64,000 nt of DNA, taken from the NCBI GenBank assembly GCA_028023455.1, contig JAQFVV010000001.1, forward strand, positions 28,334,001 through 28,398,000, given 5' to 3'. Below, in pieces: positions 38,342 to 50,610 of this stretch. The stretch is from Epiperipatus broadwayi (lineage: Eukaryota; Animalia; Onychophora). Within the stretch, counting starts at the first letter, position 1, and each line of letters starts with the position of its first letter. The notes below the pieces were generated by a model. It was not told where the DNA came from, ran no database searches, and saw only the letters and a list, made by a program, of their open reading frames with translations. The position numbers and the translations under genes are program-made.

Positions 38342-40716
38342 GTATGAGTATCAAGCCATAGGCAAGAATCAGAATTGGTTCTTTGCCTGCATACAATTCC
38401 ATGTGATATATGCATAAGCATTGTGCCTACCACTATACACATACAATTTGAAATCTTTCTTTGTTGGTTTTAAGTGTTTATATTTTATCAACTGCAACCT
38501 TTCTGTATATTAGATTAACAGTTTTTAAATTTACATTGCACGGCTCTATATATGTAAATCATTACTTGTTATATAAATATGATGCAAGAACAAACACAAA
38601 TACTAATATAAATATAAGTATATACCTTTTGAGAATCATTATGTCTATACCCAAAATTACACTACAGAAACATTTTCTGTTATATTTGAATTTATATTCT
38701 GCATAATAAAGAGCATAAATGATTTAATATTGTATAAATTATATAGTACACCCACACCAATACAAACACAAACAAATTAATACACCATTTATCAAGTAAT
38801 GTAAAAAAAATTAAAATATTAAAAATTAAAATTAATATCTTAATAATATTTCTCAAAACAACTTTTGTTATATTTGAATTTATATACTGTATATTTACAA
38901 TTAGGCTTCAGGTATGTGAAGAGTGCCTGTATTTCAAATATTTATGTAATAAATAGCATAAATGATTTAATATTATATAATTTATATAGTACAACAGAAA
39001 TAAATCAAATAATTTTAAAATATTAAAAATAATAACATACAATATTCTGCTATTATGTTTATATCATGTTGAAGGTTTCATATCCAAATTATCAGCATAT
39101 TTTTAATCATTATATTAGGGTTAATAAATATTTTCTGCCTTTATTGCCTCGTGTAAACTAGTAAATTGACCAGAAAATAAATAAAAAAAAATTCATCTAA
39201 TTTTAAAAATAATCATAAAGAATTCAAATTTTATCCAATATCAATGTAAGATACATCATTCGAAACATAAAATGAAGGAGCAATGAATGCTGGGATTTTT
39301 TTGACGTCGTGCTTATAGTTTTTGTGCAATTTAAAAAAGAAAATTTCAAACAATCTGCTGAAGCAATTGGTTGACCTGTTACAAAGACTCAAGCCATTTT
39401 TAAGCAAAATAAAAATTTGTTATAAGCAATTAAACTGAATAAAAATTATATAAACTGAATAAAATTAATTATTAATCAAGTAATTTTTCAAGTAAAATTG
39501 CCCAAGTCAAGTAGAAAATATGAAAGTAACATGTAAGACAATGGGTGCAATTCTTCCTCTATTTATACTGTTGATCATATGACTGATTTTGTTGGATGAA
39601 ATTGATACTTAGATCACCCTCTTTCTTGACCTAAATCCACTAAAGTTTAAAGATTAACTGGTATCCTCAGAGACATAGCTAAAAATAAACTTATTTAAAT
39701 AATTGTCTTGATAGTAATGTTAAAATATTAACATTTAAAGATAATTATTTATAAAACTAAAAATTATTACAATGAAAATAAAACAAAATATATAATGATA
39801 TTATTTTAAATAAAACATTAATTTACATTATTCTTTTAAACAATTTTATACAATATTTAATAAATGTGAAGCTTCATAGAAGACTTTTATAATAAATATT
39901 TGAGAATGACTTGATATTGACCAGGAAATTAATATTGAAATTCATAATCCAAGAACACACACATGTTTAGTAATGCTTTCTTTTATGAAAAATTAATAGG
40001 TTTTACTAACAAATAATTCTTTATCTTCTTTAATTAACTAACTAATATTTATTTATTTAATCTTTATTATAACTGGCATTAAGAAATATATACTTTTTAT
40101 TAGCAAACAACTTAAATAAAATGCATTTTTAAAAACAAGTAATTTTAAATACTCATAATGAACATTAAAAATTCAAATTTTAACATTGGCTCATTAATAT
40201 TTACAGTATATCATTAAACTAGGCAATTGAGAGTTATCTACAACTACATATGAGTTTAAAACATTACAATAAGATATTAAAAATAACTTTTAAAGTAGTT
40301 AAAACTTATGATAGCTCTTACAAAATAACTTGTAGAAGGCATTGACATTTGAATACCAAGGCCTCATAAGTTGACTTGCTATAGAAATTAATTTATTGAA
40401 AAAAAAAATTTCTTTTAAATATTAAAGAATTATATAGCTGAAGATTTAGCTTTACTGAAAAATCTAAGGGTTACTTACAATATATTATCTGCAAAAAAGC
40501 ATGACATGATAGTTTAACTTTAAAATCATATTTTTATTATGACTATGGTATTAATATTTATTATCTAACTTATAAACATAAAGAACATTTACCTTTCACT
40601 TTTTTGTGCACAATTGTTATGTTTTTTTGTTTGTTTTTTACAACTTGTAAGACAATTGAGTATGAAGTAGAATTGGCATCAGAAATGGTAACCAGTTCAT
40701 AAATTATAAAACATTG

Positions 40717-42852
40717 TGCTGTGTTTAGTCTGGATTACATATAAATACAAACACATGTAAATACATTTTATAATATATATTTATTAGTGAAACGTGAATA
40801 CAAATATTCACTCGTATTTACAATATTTACAATGGCTATACTTTGCCAGCTACCATTTGGCAAAGTATAGCTCCTAGTTTTAGTTTGAACTAAGGGGGAA
40901 GGGACCATATGTGCCCTCATAAATTTCCTTACCACTTTTAACTGTAACTTGGAAACCTGCTCATGAGTAAGTGTGATGACACTTCCAACTGTACTATGAC
41001 AGTTTGCCTTGTGTAAGCATTTGGTTCTAGCTGTTTCCAGTCTTGATTGCGGACTTGCCACACTGCATTAACCATTAGCTTTGATAACTATTGTCTTTAG
41101 AATGTATATGTTGTTTTCAGGTTTAACAGTTGTTTTCTGGAGAACTTATATGCTGCTGTTCAGGTTTAACAGTACTTCTCTGATCTTATTTTCAAAAAGA
41201 ATGACTATTGCCAGATCACCAATCTTAATAGAAACATCAAATTCAGTGAGCATCATTGCTTATTGATCAGATCTTGTCATTGGCTGTGCATTATTTCTTT
41301 ATATATGTCTTGACAGCAATGCATGTTCAATCTAATCATGGGTAAGAAGAAATTTGAATAGTCCATTATTGGGGGCAAAGTGAGATATGACATTCCCTCT
41401 TTCTGGCTAAAGTTAGCCCTGGAGACTTGCCCTGCAAATGCCTTGGTAGGTGTCTTTTTGTAATTTCTTTTGGCTTGGTGATGTTTTCAACAGGTTCAGT
41501 GTCATCTTTTGTGGATCTTCTAACAGTAGGTGTATCACATCTGACTGATGATTTATCACTGTTGGCTTGCAATTCTATCAACTGATGGTATTTGATGACT
41601 GGTCTTTGAACTATTGTTTCACTCAGCTGGTTGATGATACATCACTGTTCACATGCCACCTTTTGTCATCTGATGAGGCTTTGCTGTTGGATAATCTTGG
41701 AACTGTGGGTTTATTACAGCTGGTTGATGATGTGTAATTTAACCTAAGTTGGTTTCTGTGACAATAATGTTGCCCATCAGCAGTTTTAACCACCACTGTT
41801 TGTGATCTTTTAACTTTGTCAAAACTGCAGGAACCCATTCGGTGGTTCCCTTAAACAGTGGCATAGGACATGAGTACCTATCCAGTTTTTTGAACTTTTA
41901 ATTTTATACATTATTTTACGATTCAAACCCAGATTGTTATGAGCTGATTCACTTTAGTCAAGTGAGTGGACCAGTCACATCTTAATAAATTGCCAGCAGA
42001 TGCAACAAGAGTCAGATATTTAGTTTTAGTGATCAATGTAATTTTCACTCTTGCTTGACCCAAGAGTGTTAGTAGATTGTCTTGGTCATCACTAATTGTT
42101 TTGCTGCTAGGATGCAGCTGATATGTATGATTCTTATTAATGATAGCCCATGGTTTTATTACACAATGGATACTGCAGACCCTGTTGTGTTTACTCTGGA
42201 TTATATATAAACACAAATATGTGTAAATACATTTTATCTATATATTTCAGAAACATGTTTTTACAATCTATTTACAATAGCTATACTCTGCTTGCTACTA
42301 TTTGATGAAGTATGCCTCTTAGTTCTAGTGTGAACTGTGGAAGAAGGGACTGTACATGTCCTTATAGATTTCCCCATTACTTCAAGCTGTAACTAGTCAT
42401 CTTGCTTCGTGAGTAGATATGGCGACACTTCCGGCTATACTATGATAGCTTGCCTCATGTTTGTATTTAGTTCTAGCAGCTTCCAGTTCTGAATATAGAT
42501 TTGCCTCACTGCATTAACCATTAGCTTTGTTAGCTATTGTCTGGAAAATGTATATGCTGATGTGCAGGTTAAACAACAGTTCTCTGAAGAATGTATATAC
42601 TGCTGTTCAGGTTTAACAGTAATTCTCTGATTTTACAATCAAAAAGACTAACTATTTATTGCCAGATCCCTAACCTTAATGGAAACATTTGGATTCAGTG
42701 AGCATCATTGCCTATTGTCCAGTTCTTGCCATTGGCTATGCTTTACCTTTTTATATGCGCATTGGATAGCAGCAATGAATGATCGAACAATCAGATCGAG
42801 ATAAGGAGGGGTCTGGACTAGTTTATTATTGAAGGCAAGGTGAGATATGACA
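40717..42852 (-). mobile_element. Internally deleted Gypsy (Mag-like) LTR retrotransposon
   Basis: LTRs 40717-41392 and 42183-42852 begin TGTCATATCTCA on the minus strand. PPT AGAAAGAGGGAA at 41393-41404. Protease C-terminus LLGQARVKITL...GNLLRCDW and integrase C-terminus VVVKTADGQHYCHRNQLR are present. Confidence 0.88.
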
Positions 42853-43899
42853 CGTGGTTATGCGTTTAAATATTTGACTGCATTTAAATACAGCAATCGT
42901 ATGTTCAGAATGTGGATTATGTCTGAATTGATTTCAATGTGCCCTTCCCCTCTTCCCCAGAAGTATAGTGATAATAATAATTTTAATATCTTTAATAAAG
43001 ATTTCAAAAGTCGGTTGGAAGAATTACAATATTTTGCATCTAATATATTGGATTAAATTTTACTAAATTCGATCTTTTATAAGTCATATGTTAATTAGAA
43101 ATATATAACTTTTCAAGCACACACACACACAAAACGCGAACCCAAATAAACAAACAAACTTTACTTGAATTTTTTTTTCATTAATATACGTAAATATAGA
43201 ATTGAAAGAACATTTTAGATATATTACCTTTATACTTTATTAGTCTACAAAAGCTCATTATTCTTTTTAATGTTCCATAAATGGAAATGGTGATATAATT
43301 TTTAGTTAGATATATAAGGATAACTAAAATGAATTAGCAAAATATTAAACTAAAGCAATTACTATTGTTAATGGTTGAACTTTAACTCTTAACTTGCAAC
43401 ATACCATTTCAGGTAATTAATAGAAAGAAGAATGACAGCTTTTTCATCAGCTCAGCTTTGACATAAATCTATTTGACCTAAATTTAGATCCGAATGAAAA
43501 ATTACTTTGAGCAACGTTGAGAATGACCTTATGCATGTTGCACCAAATACTAGTCAGAGTCAAAAGTTATTCCATTAGAATTATAATGCAATTTAATATT
43601 GTTCTTTCATTTTTGATTCTACAAAATGTACTAAGATTTTTCTTTTATTAAAAAAAAAAAAACTATATAAAAAATAGGAAAAAGTGCATTACTATGAATT
43701 AGAAAACAGAAGCAAAGAAAAAATAAAATAAAATTCGTAATTAATAAGAATTCTATTGTGATTAATTTGATTTGTAATGCATATTCTTTTTAACAATATA
43801 TATTAATAGTATAAATGTAATTTAATACATTGGATTTTATGTAAAAACATTTATATCTGCATTAGTACGGAAGATACTCCTTTGGTTTTGATTTAATTG

Positions 43900-44450
43900 C
43901 CAAGCGCTCTTGATATATAAATACATAGTTTTTAGTAAGCTTGGTTAATGCCAAGACAGTTTAAAATTGCCTTGTCATAAGTAGTGTAATGATATGCAAA
44001 TAATTAAAACCAATCATATGGCTGAAAGTAATGTAAAAGGTGAATTTTGAAGTTGTTTGATATACTGGCCTTTATGTTGAATAAAATAATTCAGTAGAAT
44101 TGTCATAAGGCTTTCACTTATTAAAACAAAGTAGAAGATCTTCTTGCTATGTCTTTTAGCAGTTGGACTTCAGGAAATGCGTTGTCCAACAGCAACAATT
44201 TATGCCATTAAACATCACATGATCACCATCTATCTCTTATGCTTTATTATTTGCAACAATTTATGTTGCAAATGCAAAAACAGTTGCAATTAATAATAGA
44301 AATAAGTTTAAAGAGTCTGTCATAATTATATACATGCATTTCATTGGCTATTTATTGGTAAAGTGACCATCTACAAAGAGTATTTATGGGTGAAAACTGT
44401 GCAATCATTATGACAAATGCTAGGCATTTTCAAGTTAGAAGAATAGAATA
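43900..44450 (-). mobile_element. Decayed pogo/Tigger DDE transposase fragment
   Basis: HKLLLLDNAFPEVQLL resembles KxLLLLDNAxxH, and downstream YFQPYDW resembles IQPMDQ. Confidence 0.55.
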
Positions 44451-45255
44451 ACTGTGAAAATCAAGAATCATATTCTGCAGTATTCATTGATGAATCATAA
44501 TTTTGCCATTTTTATCAAATGTTTTAATAATGATAACAGGAATGATTCATTTGTTTGGTTTTCTATGAGAATGATACAACTTTTCTACTTTTGGTACATA
44601 TTACTAAAAAATTGATGACACTATTATGAAATATATAAAATTTTATAGTTCATACCATTGGCTTTTCTGTGAATAACATTTTAAATTTCCAAAACAAAAA
44701 AATTGCTTTCACAACAGTTACATCCTTAGAAGCATATGCTAGAATGTTTTTTTAACAAAGTATTAGTGCATGATCACATCATCAAACATTCCTAATATTA
44801 TAAGAAATGTATCGGTGTGTTTGTAGAATGGATAAATATTTTTATGTAATGTATGATTTACATTCTATGACATCTGTCCTATTCAATATTTGAAGCAGAT
44901 GAGGACACCAATCATGAATGCACTCTATTTTTTTTATTAAAATATCAGATTATATTTAGGAAAATCAAGACTGACTTTTTTTTATTGGGTCTGGACAAAT
45001 AAAAATATTTAGGAACTGAAAAGTAACCAAAATATTTAGGAAATGAAAAGTAACCATTTTTTAGTTTTTTCATTGCTTGAAAACTTTCTTGATTAAATGT
45101 CCATTATTCAATGGTGAAGCTATGTCAACATCTAGTGATCTGACCAACATACAATAAAAATGATAAATAGTATATAAAGGTGATTAACGTCAATGTTAAA
45201 TTTGTATGAACCATGCTTTTTGATAGAATTTATAAAAACTTACTCCATATTAACA

Positions 45256-45352
45256 GGCTTTTTTTTATGTGTCAAAGTACAAGTCGAAAAGCGAACCCCA
45301 GGACAACTGCTTGTAAGGCAGCTGTGCTAACCACTCGGCCACCAACGCTTGG
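45256..45352 (-). mobile_element. tRNA-derived SINE with Val(TAC)-like anticodon arm and 13 bp TSD
   Basis: GCGTTGGTGGCCGAGTGGTTAGCACAGCTGCCTTACAAGCAGTTGTCCTGGGGTTCGC plus A tail. TSD CTCCATATTAACA at 45243-45255 and 45353-45365. Confidence 0.88.
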
Positions 45353-45868
45353 CTCCATATTAACATTTTATTATTAAAAAAAAATAGAGCAAAATTACTA
45401 AAAGGGTAAATGGAGTTGCTATTAAACTTGAACTATATTAAAGTTTATACTAAAATATATAATATTAGTACTTTTTTTTTTTTTAGTAAGATGAGAAATG
45501 ATGCCATATTTAATATACATACATTTTCTGTTGCTGTGTTTTTGAAATTTCACACAGGACCTTTGGTATATCTAAAAAATTTAAAAGTTGTCAAAGCAAT
45601 ATGAATAACAGTACACCCAATCTCTTACACATATGAGTAGTTTTATATGAAGATTTGCCATAACAATCATCAATTTGTATTCATTCCATCAAATAATTAA
45701 TTATGCATCATGGCAATATTTAAAATAATTTTGTAAAAATATTAACTCATAGAATATTTATATCAAAGCAATGCAATTTTTACAAGATAAAATGAAGTTT
45801 TATCTTAAGGAAAAAAGTATTGTACAAGATTTATTTATTATGTAATTAAAGACATTTACAATGATATA

Positions 45869-47142
45869 CACCTGGGTCTCATTTTATGTGAATTTATTTA
45901 ATGTGATTTTGAAGTTATGTGATTCATGTTTTTTCTTAATATTTTTGTATGCGGTTTTCTTTTATGCGATAAAAATTATTATTTAAAGAAACAGCGCATT
46001 ATCGGAGTTCGACTTCTATCTAATAATTTCAATATTTTCATCGCTTTATAATAGTACTGTAATACATTTTATGCAATAAAGAAGTTCATAATTCACTTAA
46101 AATCAGGATTTCCCCATTTTATATACACACATTAAATTTTACAAATTATAATGTAAATCTCTTCAAACGTTATAGATGAATATACTATGCACATTGTTGT
46201 TTTTGCATTTTAAATCACATTCTATTTTTGCTTTTTTTAAAAAGAGTACGTAATCAATTAATCATTTAGTGTCTGTAAGTTTATTTTTAAAAAGTGAGTA
46301 ACAGCGGTGGGCGCAATTAAATTTGACAATTCAAATCTGATTTTAATTATAATTAACAATTTAAATATTATGTAACATGATCTGAAATTAATGTGAAGTG
46401 AAATAATGAAATTTGATTTTTAAATGGAATTGAAAATTAAAGACAAAAATAAGAATTTAATTTTTAATTGTGTTTTAATAAAATTTGTCCAACAGTTGAG
46501 AGTCAGTGTCTTTTTATTATTGTAAGTCTAAGTTCTTATTTTTATTTTAAATTTTTAGTTTAACGGAGATTTAAAAACACCCAAGAAAATTAATTTCTTT
46601 GGAAACAAAAATTTCAGTTTTAGATCACATAGTGAAATCAGAAGGATCAACAGCGATTGGAAAACATTTAGTTTGGGCGAGTCCACAATAAGAGCAAGTA
46701 AAAAAATGAAGTTGGCGCTAGTTGAATTTTCTCTAGTGACAAACCTGATGTCTTACTAGTTTACAAATGAACTTACGTATTGTCAAATAACGATAATCAT
46801 TAAAATACTGTACATGTATTAAAAAATGTAAAATACTGTAAATTATGCATAAAAATATATTGTTTTCAATAAAATTAAATACTGTTGTTAATAAAAAAAA
46901 GTAAAAAAGTTTGTCTTGTATCAATTTTTTTCAAATTTGAAATTTTTTATTAGTCATATTTTATTTCCATATTTCTTTTATGCGAATTTTAAAGTAATTT
47001 TACATTGATGCTTTTATGCGATTTTTGAAAAGTACAGTACCTATCCCCCATTTTTCAATATATCTTAAGTCTATTTTTGTGTGATTTCTTTTGTGCGCAT
47101 TTTCTGAGGAACCTATCTATCGCATAAAACCAGACCCAGGTG
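45869..47142 (+). mobile_element. Non-autonomous pogo/Tigger-type element, copy 2, retaining an HTH fragment
   Basis: TA|CACCTGGGTCTCATTTTATG ... CATAAAACCAGACCCAGGTG|TA. Frameshifted EGSTAIGKHL-LGESTIRASKK at ~46640-46710 resembles the psq/CENP-B HTH. Confidence 0.85.
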
Positions 47143-47589
47143 TACAATAATACTGTAAATTGCAATTATAATAAGTAAAAAAAATAACTTCATAGTCTTT
47201 ATTTCGTATTTTTATGCTGTAGTCTACAATAGGATTTCTGACATACTGAAAGTAAAATTGTTTTTTGGATCATGAATATAAACGATTTACACAAAAAAAA
47301 ATACAATTTTTTTAATATGTAAATTTCCACCATATATAGGATTTAATGTGCTTTAAAAATGAAATTTAAAATGTATACATTACTTTAAAAAGAAACAATT
47401 TTATTCAACTAATTTTTATTCAATATTTTTATATCTATAAAGATTTAATTTCCTTAGAAAAAATTCCAGTTATCATAATCATAATAATAATGAGGAGGAG
47501 GAGAAGTCAGCATGCTCTAGTTTTTCATGCTCCTAAGCTATTCAAAGTTTAAACCTGACAAGATAAAAACCTTATCCTGATATGTCTTT

Positions 47590-48420
47590 TTCAATTTCTA
47601 ATGAGTTGGTGATTGTTTGATACTTTTGTGTTACATTTTTCATTCAAAGATTCAATTAAAATCAAGATGCCCAATGATAATTTTGGAAAACAATATTGCG
47701 ACAAAGTAATCACATGTTCAGATGCTTACGTCAACATTGGCTGCACAGAGTTTCAAAATCCAAAGTCAGTCAAACATAAGCCAATTTTTAATTTTATTAC
47801 TGCAAAGTCCGATTTTTGTTTGGAAAAAAAAAATTCTGTTCCAGATTTTCTCACAAGCAATTCACTTACTAAATAAAACAAGTTAACTAGCTTTGTTTTT
47901 TTATGCTTAAAAAGAATTCAAAATCTTACTCTAAGGCAAGATAATAATATACCTTTATTCAGTTGATCATTTACTTCCAACTTTGGGTTATATTTTTTAT
48001 TCAAACTTCCAATTAAAATCAAGTTACCTAATGATAATTACAAAAAAACGACATCACATGACTAGTGTTTGCCCTCAATAATACTAGCATAGAGTTTCAA
48101 ATTCCAAAGGTCAGTCAGGCACACTTTTATTTTTAATGTTATTGTAGCAATCCCTGATCTTTGTTTAGTAATAAAAATTCGGTTTCAAGTTCCCAGCAAT
48201 TAATTTGTTTGCTCACAATTGAGTGAACAAGCTCTGGCTGTTTATGCTTATAAAGTAGTCAAAACCTTAGGCTAGTAAAAGAAAAAAAAAACTTTATATA
48301 CTGTTTTCAATTTCCAATCAGTTGATAACTGATTTTCAATTTTGTGATAAATTTTTCATTCAAATCTTCAACTATCACCAAGTTACTAGATAATTTCAAA
48401 AAACATGTCACTTCTAATAG
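47590..48420. repeat. Degenerate tandem repeat, about 345 bp x 2.4
   Basis: cattcaaa...caattaaaatcaag...aatgataatt recurs at ~47640, ~48000 and ~48358. Confidence 0.7.
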
Positions 48421-48499
48421 CAATGCTGAGCCTAACTACCTGCCTAGATTTTGTCTGCACTAATCATGAATCTCACACTTAAATCATGTGAAAAGCCTC

Positions 48500-49560
48500 A
48501 TTTGGACACCACCTTTCACACAGTCAGACCCAGAGTCTGACCAACTGATTGCAAACTCCAACTCAACAATTGCAATCAGTTCGAACATAGCTGTGCCACC
48601 AGCCCCCTCAGGATATCAGGACACTACACATGGATCTCATTCTCAAACTTCATCAAAAGCCTTACTTACCTCCAACCTTTAGCATACAGCTAGGCCCAGA
48701 GTCTGACCAGCTTACCACAGAGTCCAACTTAACAATTGCAACCAATTCTAACATAGCTCTACCACCACCGCTCTGCAACACTAATCTATTCAAATGCACT
48801 AGAAAATAGCCATGGCAATCCCACCAGGCCTCCCACTAACACCCTCCCCAGCCCACATTGCTAATGAAATCAAGAGAAAGCCTGGACATCCAAAGAAGAT
48901 ACCCTAAAAAATAAAATTACTGATATTGATCTTACACCAGGTCAGACTTCATAGATAATTCACACTACCATGGAAATTTCTAGTCCTTACTTATATTACC
49001 AAGGCAACTCAACCTTATATAGAACTAAACCTGGATTGCATCTGTAGATACAGCAGTCCAGATCATGTAAAATTATGTATATCTTGTGTAAACCAATAAA
49101 ACAACTTTTACATATGTAAAACTACAACTACAGATTACCCATGTAACTGCAGCAATCTAAGCTATGTAAAACCCCTGTAACCAATCCACAGCATAAATAA
49201 ATAAATCAACTTTTACATACATAAACCTACATCTATGAATTGCCTATAAAACCATTACAATCTAAGCCAGGTAAAACCCTTGTAACTAATCCATAGCATG
49301 AAATATTTTTTGTAATCTCATGTAAATCAATAAATCAACTTTTATATATGCAAACCCTATATCTATAAATTCCCCATATAATCACAATAATCCAAGCTAT
49401 GTAAAACCATGTAACTAATCCACAGCATGTAAAAATTCCTGTAATCCTGGGTAGAACAATAAATCAACTTATATATATATCTACAACTATGAATTACCCA
49501 TGTAAACACAGCAATCCAAACTGTATAAACTCTTGTAATCCTTTCAGACAAATAAAGCTT
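48500..49560 (+). repeat. About 170 bp duplication followed by about four 105-130 bp degenerate repeats
   Basis: cccagagtctgacca...aacaattgcaa at ~48520 and ~48696. aataaa.caactt.ta...atc.aagc.atgtaaaa recurs across 49090-49550. Confidence 0.7.
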
Positions 49561-49579
49561 ATCATAGAAGCATAATAAT

Positions 49580-49640
49580 AATAATAAAGGAGGAGGAAGA
49601 AGGAGGAGGACAGCAGCATCAGCAGCAACAACAACAAACA
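49580..49640. repeat. Compound trinucleotide microsatellite (ATA)(GGA)(GCA)(ACA)
   Basis: Directly visible in the sequence. Confidence 0.85.
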
Positions 49641-50455
49641 ACTATTCCAATTTAATGAAGAATGCATTTTTGTGAAAATAAAAAAGTAATTGGCAAACTA
49701 TTGATTTATAAACAGTTGACTTAAATGCATTGTAAAATTTAATTCAAATTTTTATTGGTTAGATAATTACAAAACCAACAAATTTATAATGCACCAAAAA
49801 TAAATTTAAATATATATATATATATTATGTTAACATAATCTTTTTTTGTATGTTTTTTATTTCAATTTAACAAATCAAGATTCACTTGAATATATAATCC
49901 TCAATTGACATAATAAATTCTAAAATGTGACTATAAAATTATCATTTAAAAAAAATCTATGCTATTGAAATCTTAATACATACTATATTTACATAGTTGT
50001 TAATACTTTATTTTACTGATAATATATTTAGTACAGTGCTTATTTATTAAATATCTTTTTTTCTCTTCCAATTTAAACCTTTTTTTTAATGTTTATATTT
50101 TGAATCTGGGATAATGAATTAAAATTTTTGCCATAGCTAAGTATTACAATTGGTTTTTTTTTTTTTTATGTATTGTGCCAACTGAAATTTTGTATAAATT
50201 CAGCATGTGATGGAATTCTTTTTGTTCTTAGCTGGTTTTTAATAGAGAATTTATTAGCCAAGAGCAGTGCAATAAATTGCTATAACAATGAAATATTAAG
50301 GCCAGAAATGAATTATTATTATTATTATTGCAGCATAAAATTATGAATTAATTTTATTCATTTGAAATGCATATATATAAATAATAAAGTTTATGGCTTT
50401 TAATAAAGTTATTATTTAAATACAAGTACAGTATACTTTCTTAAGCTAGATCTAA

Positions 50456-50610
50456 TTAGAGGGTATTTGAACTCAGACCTTTAAGCTCTCTTTAGTTATC
50501 CACTTCATTTTGTACAACCAATACACATGATATGATCATGTGTATTGGTTGTATAAGATGGAGTGAATGACAAAAATGAGCTTCAACGTCTGAGTTCAAA
50601 TACCCTCTAA
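50456..50610. repeat. 155 bp near-palindromic hairpin element
   Basis: TTAGAGGGTATTTGAACTCAGAC...CAACCAATACACATGA tatga TCATGTGTATTGGTTG...GTCTGAGTTCAAATACCCTCTAA. Confidence 0.9.

Noticed and set aside
45256-45352. Functional tRNA-Val gene
   Set aside because: The acceptor and T arms are disrupted, and an A tail plus TSD indicate a retroposed copy.
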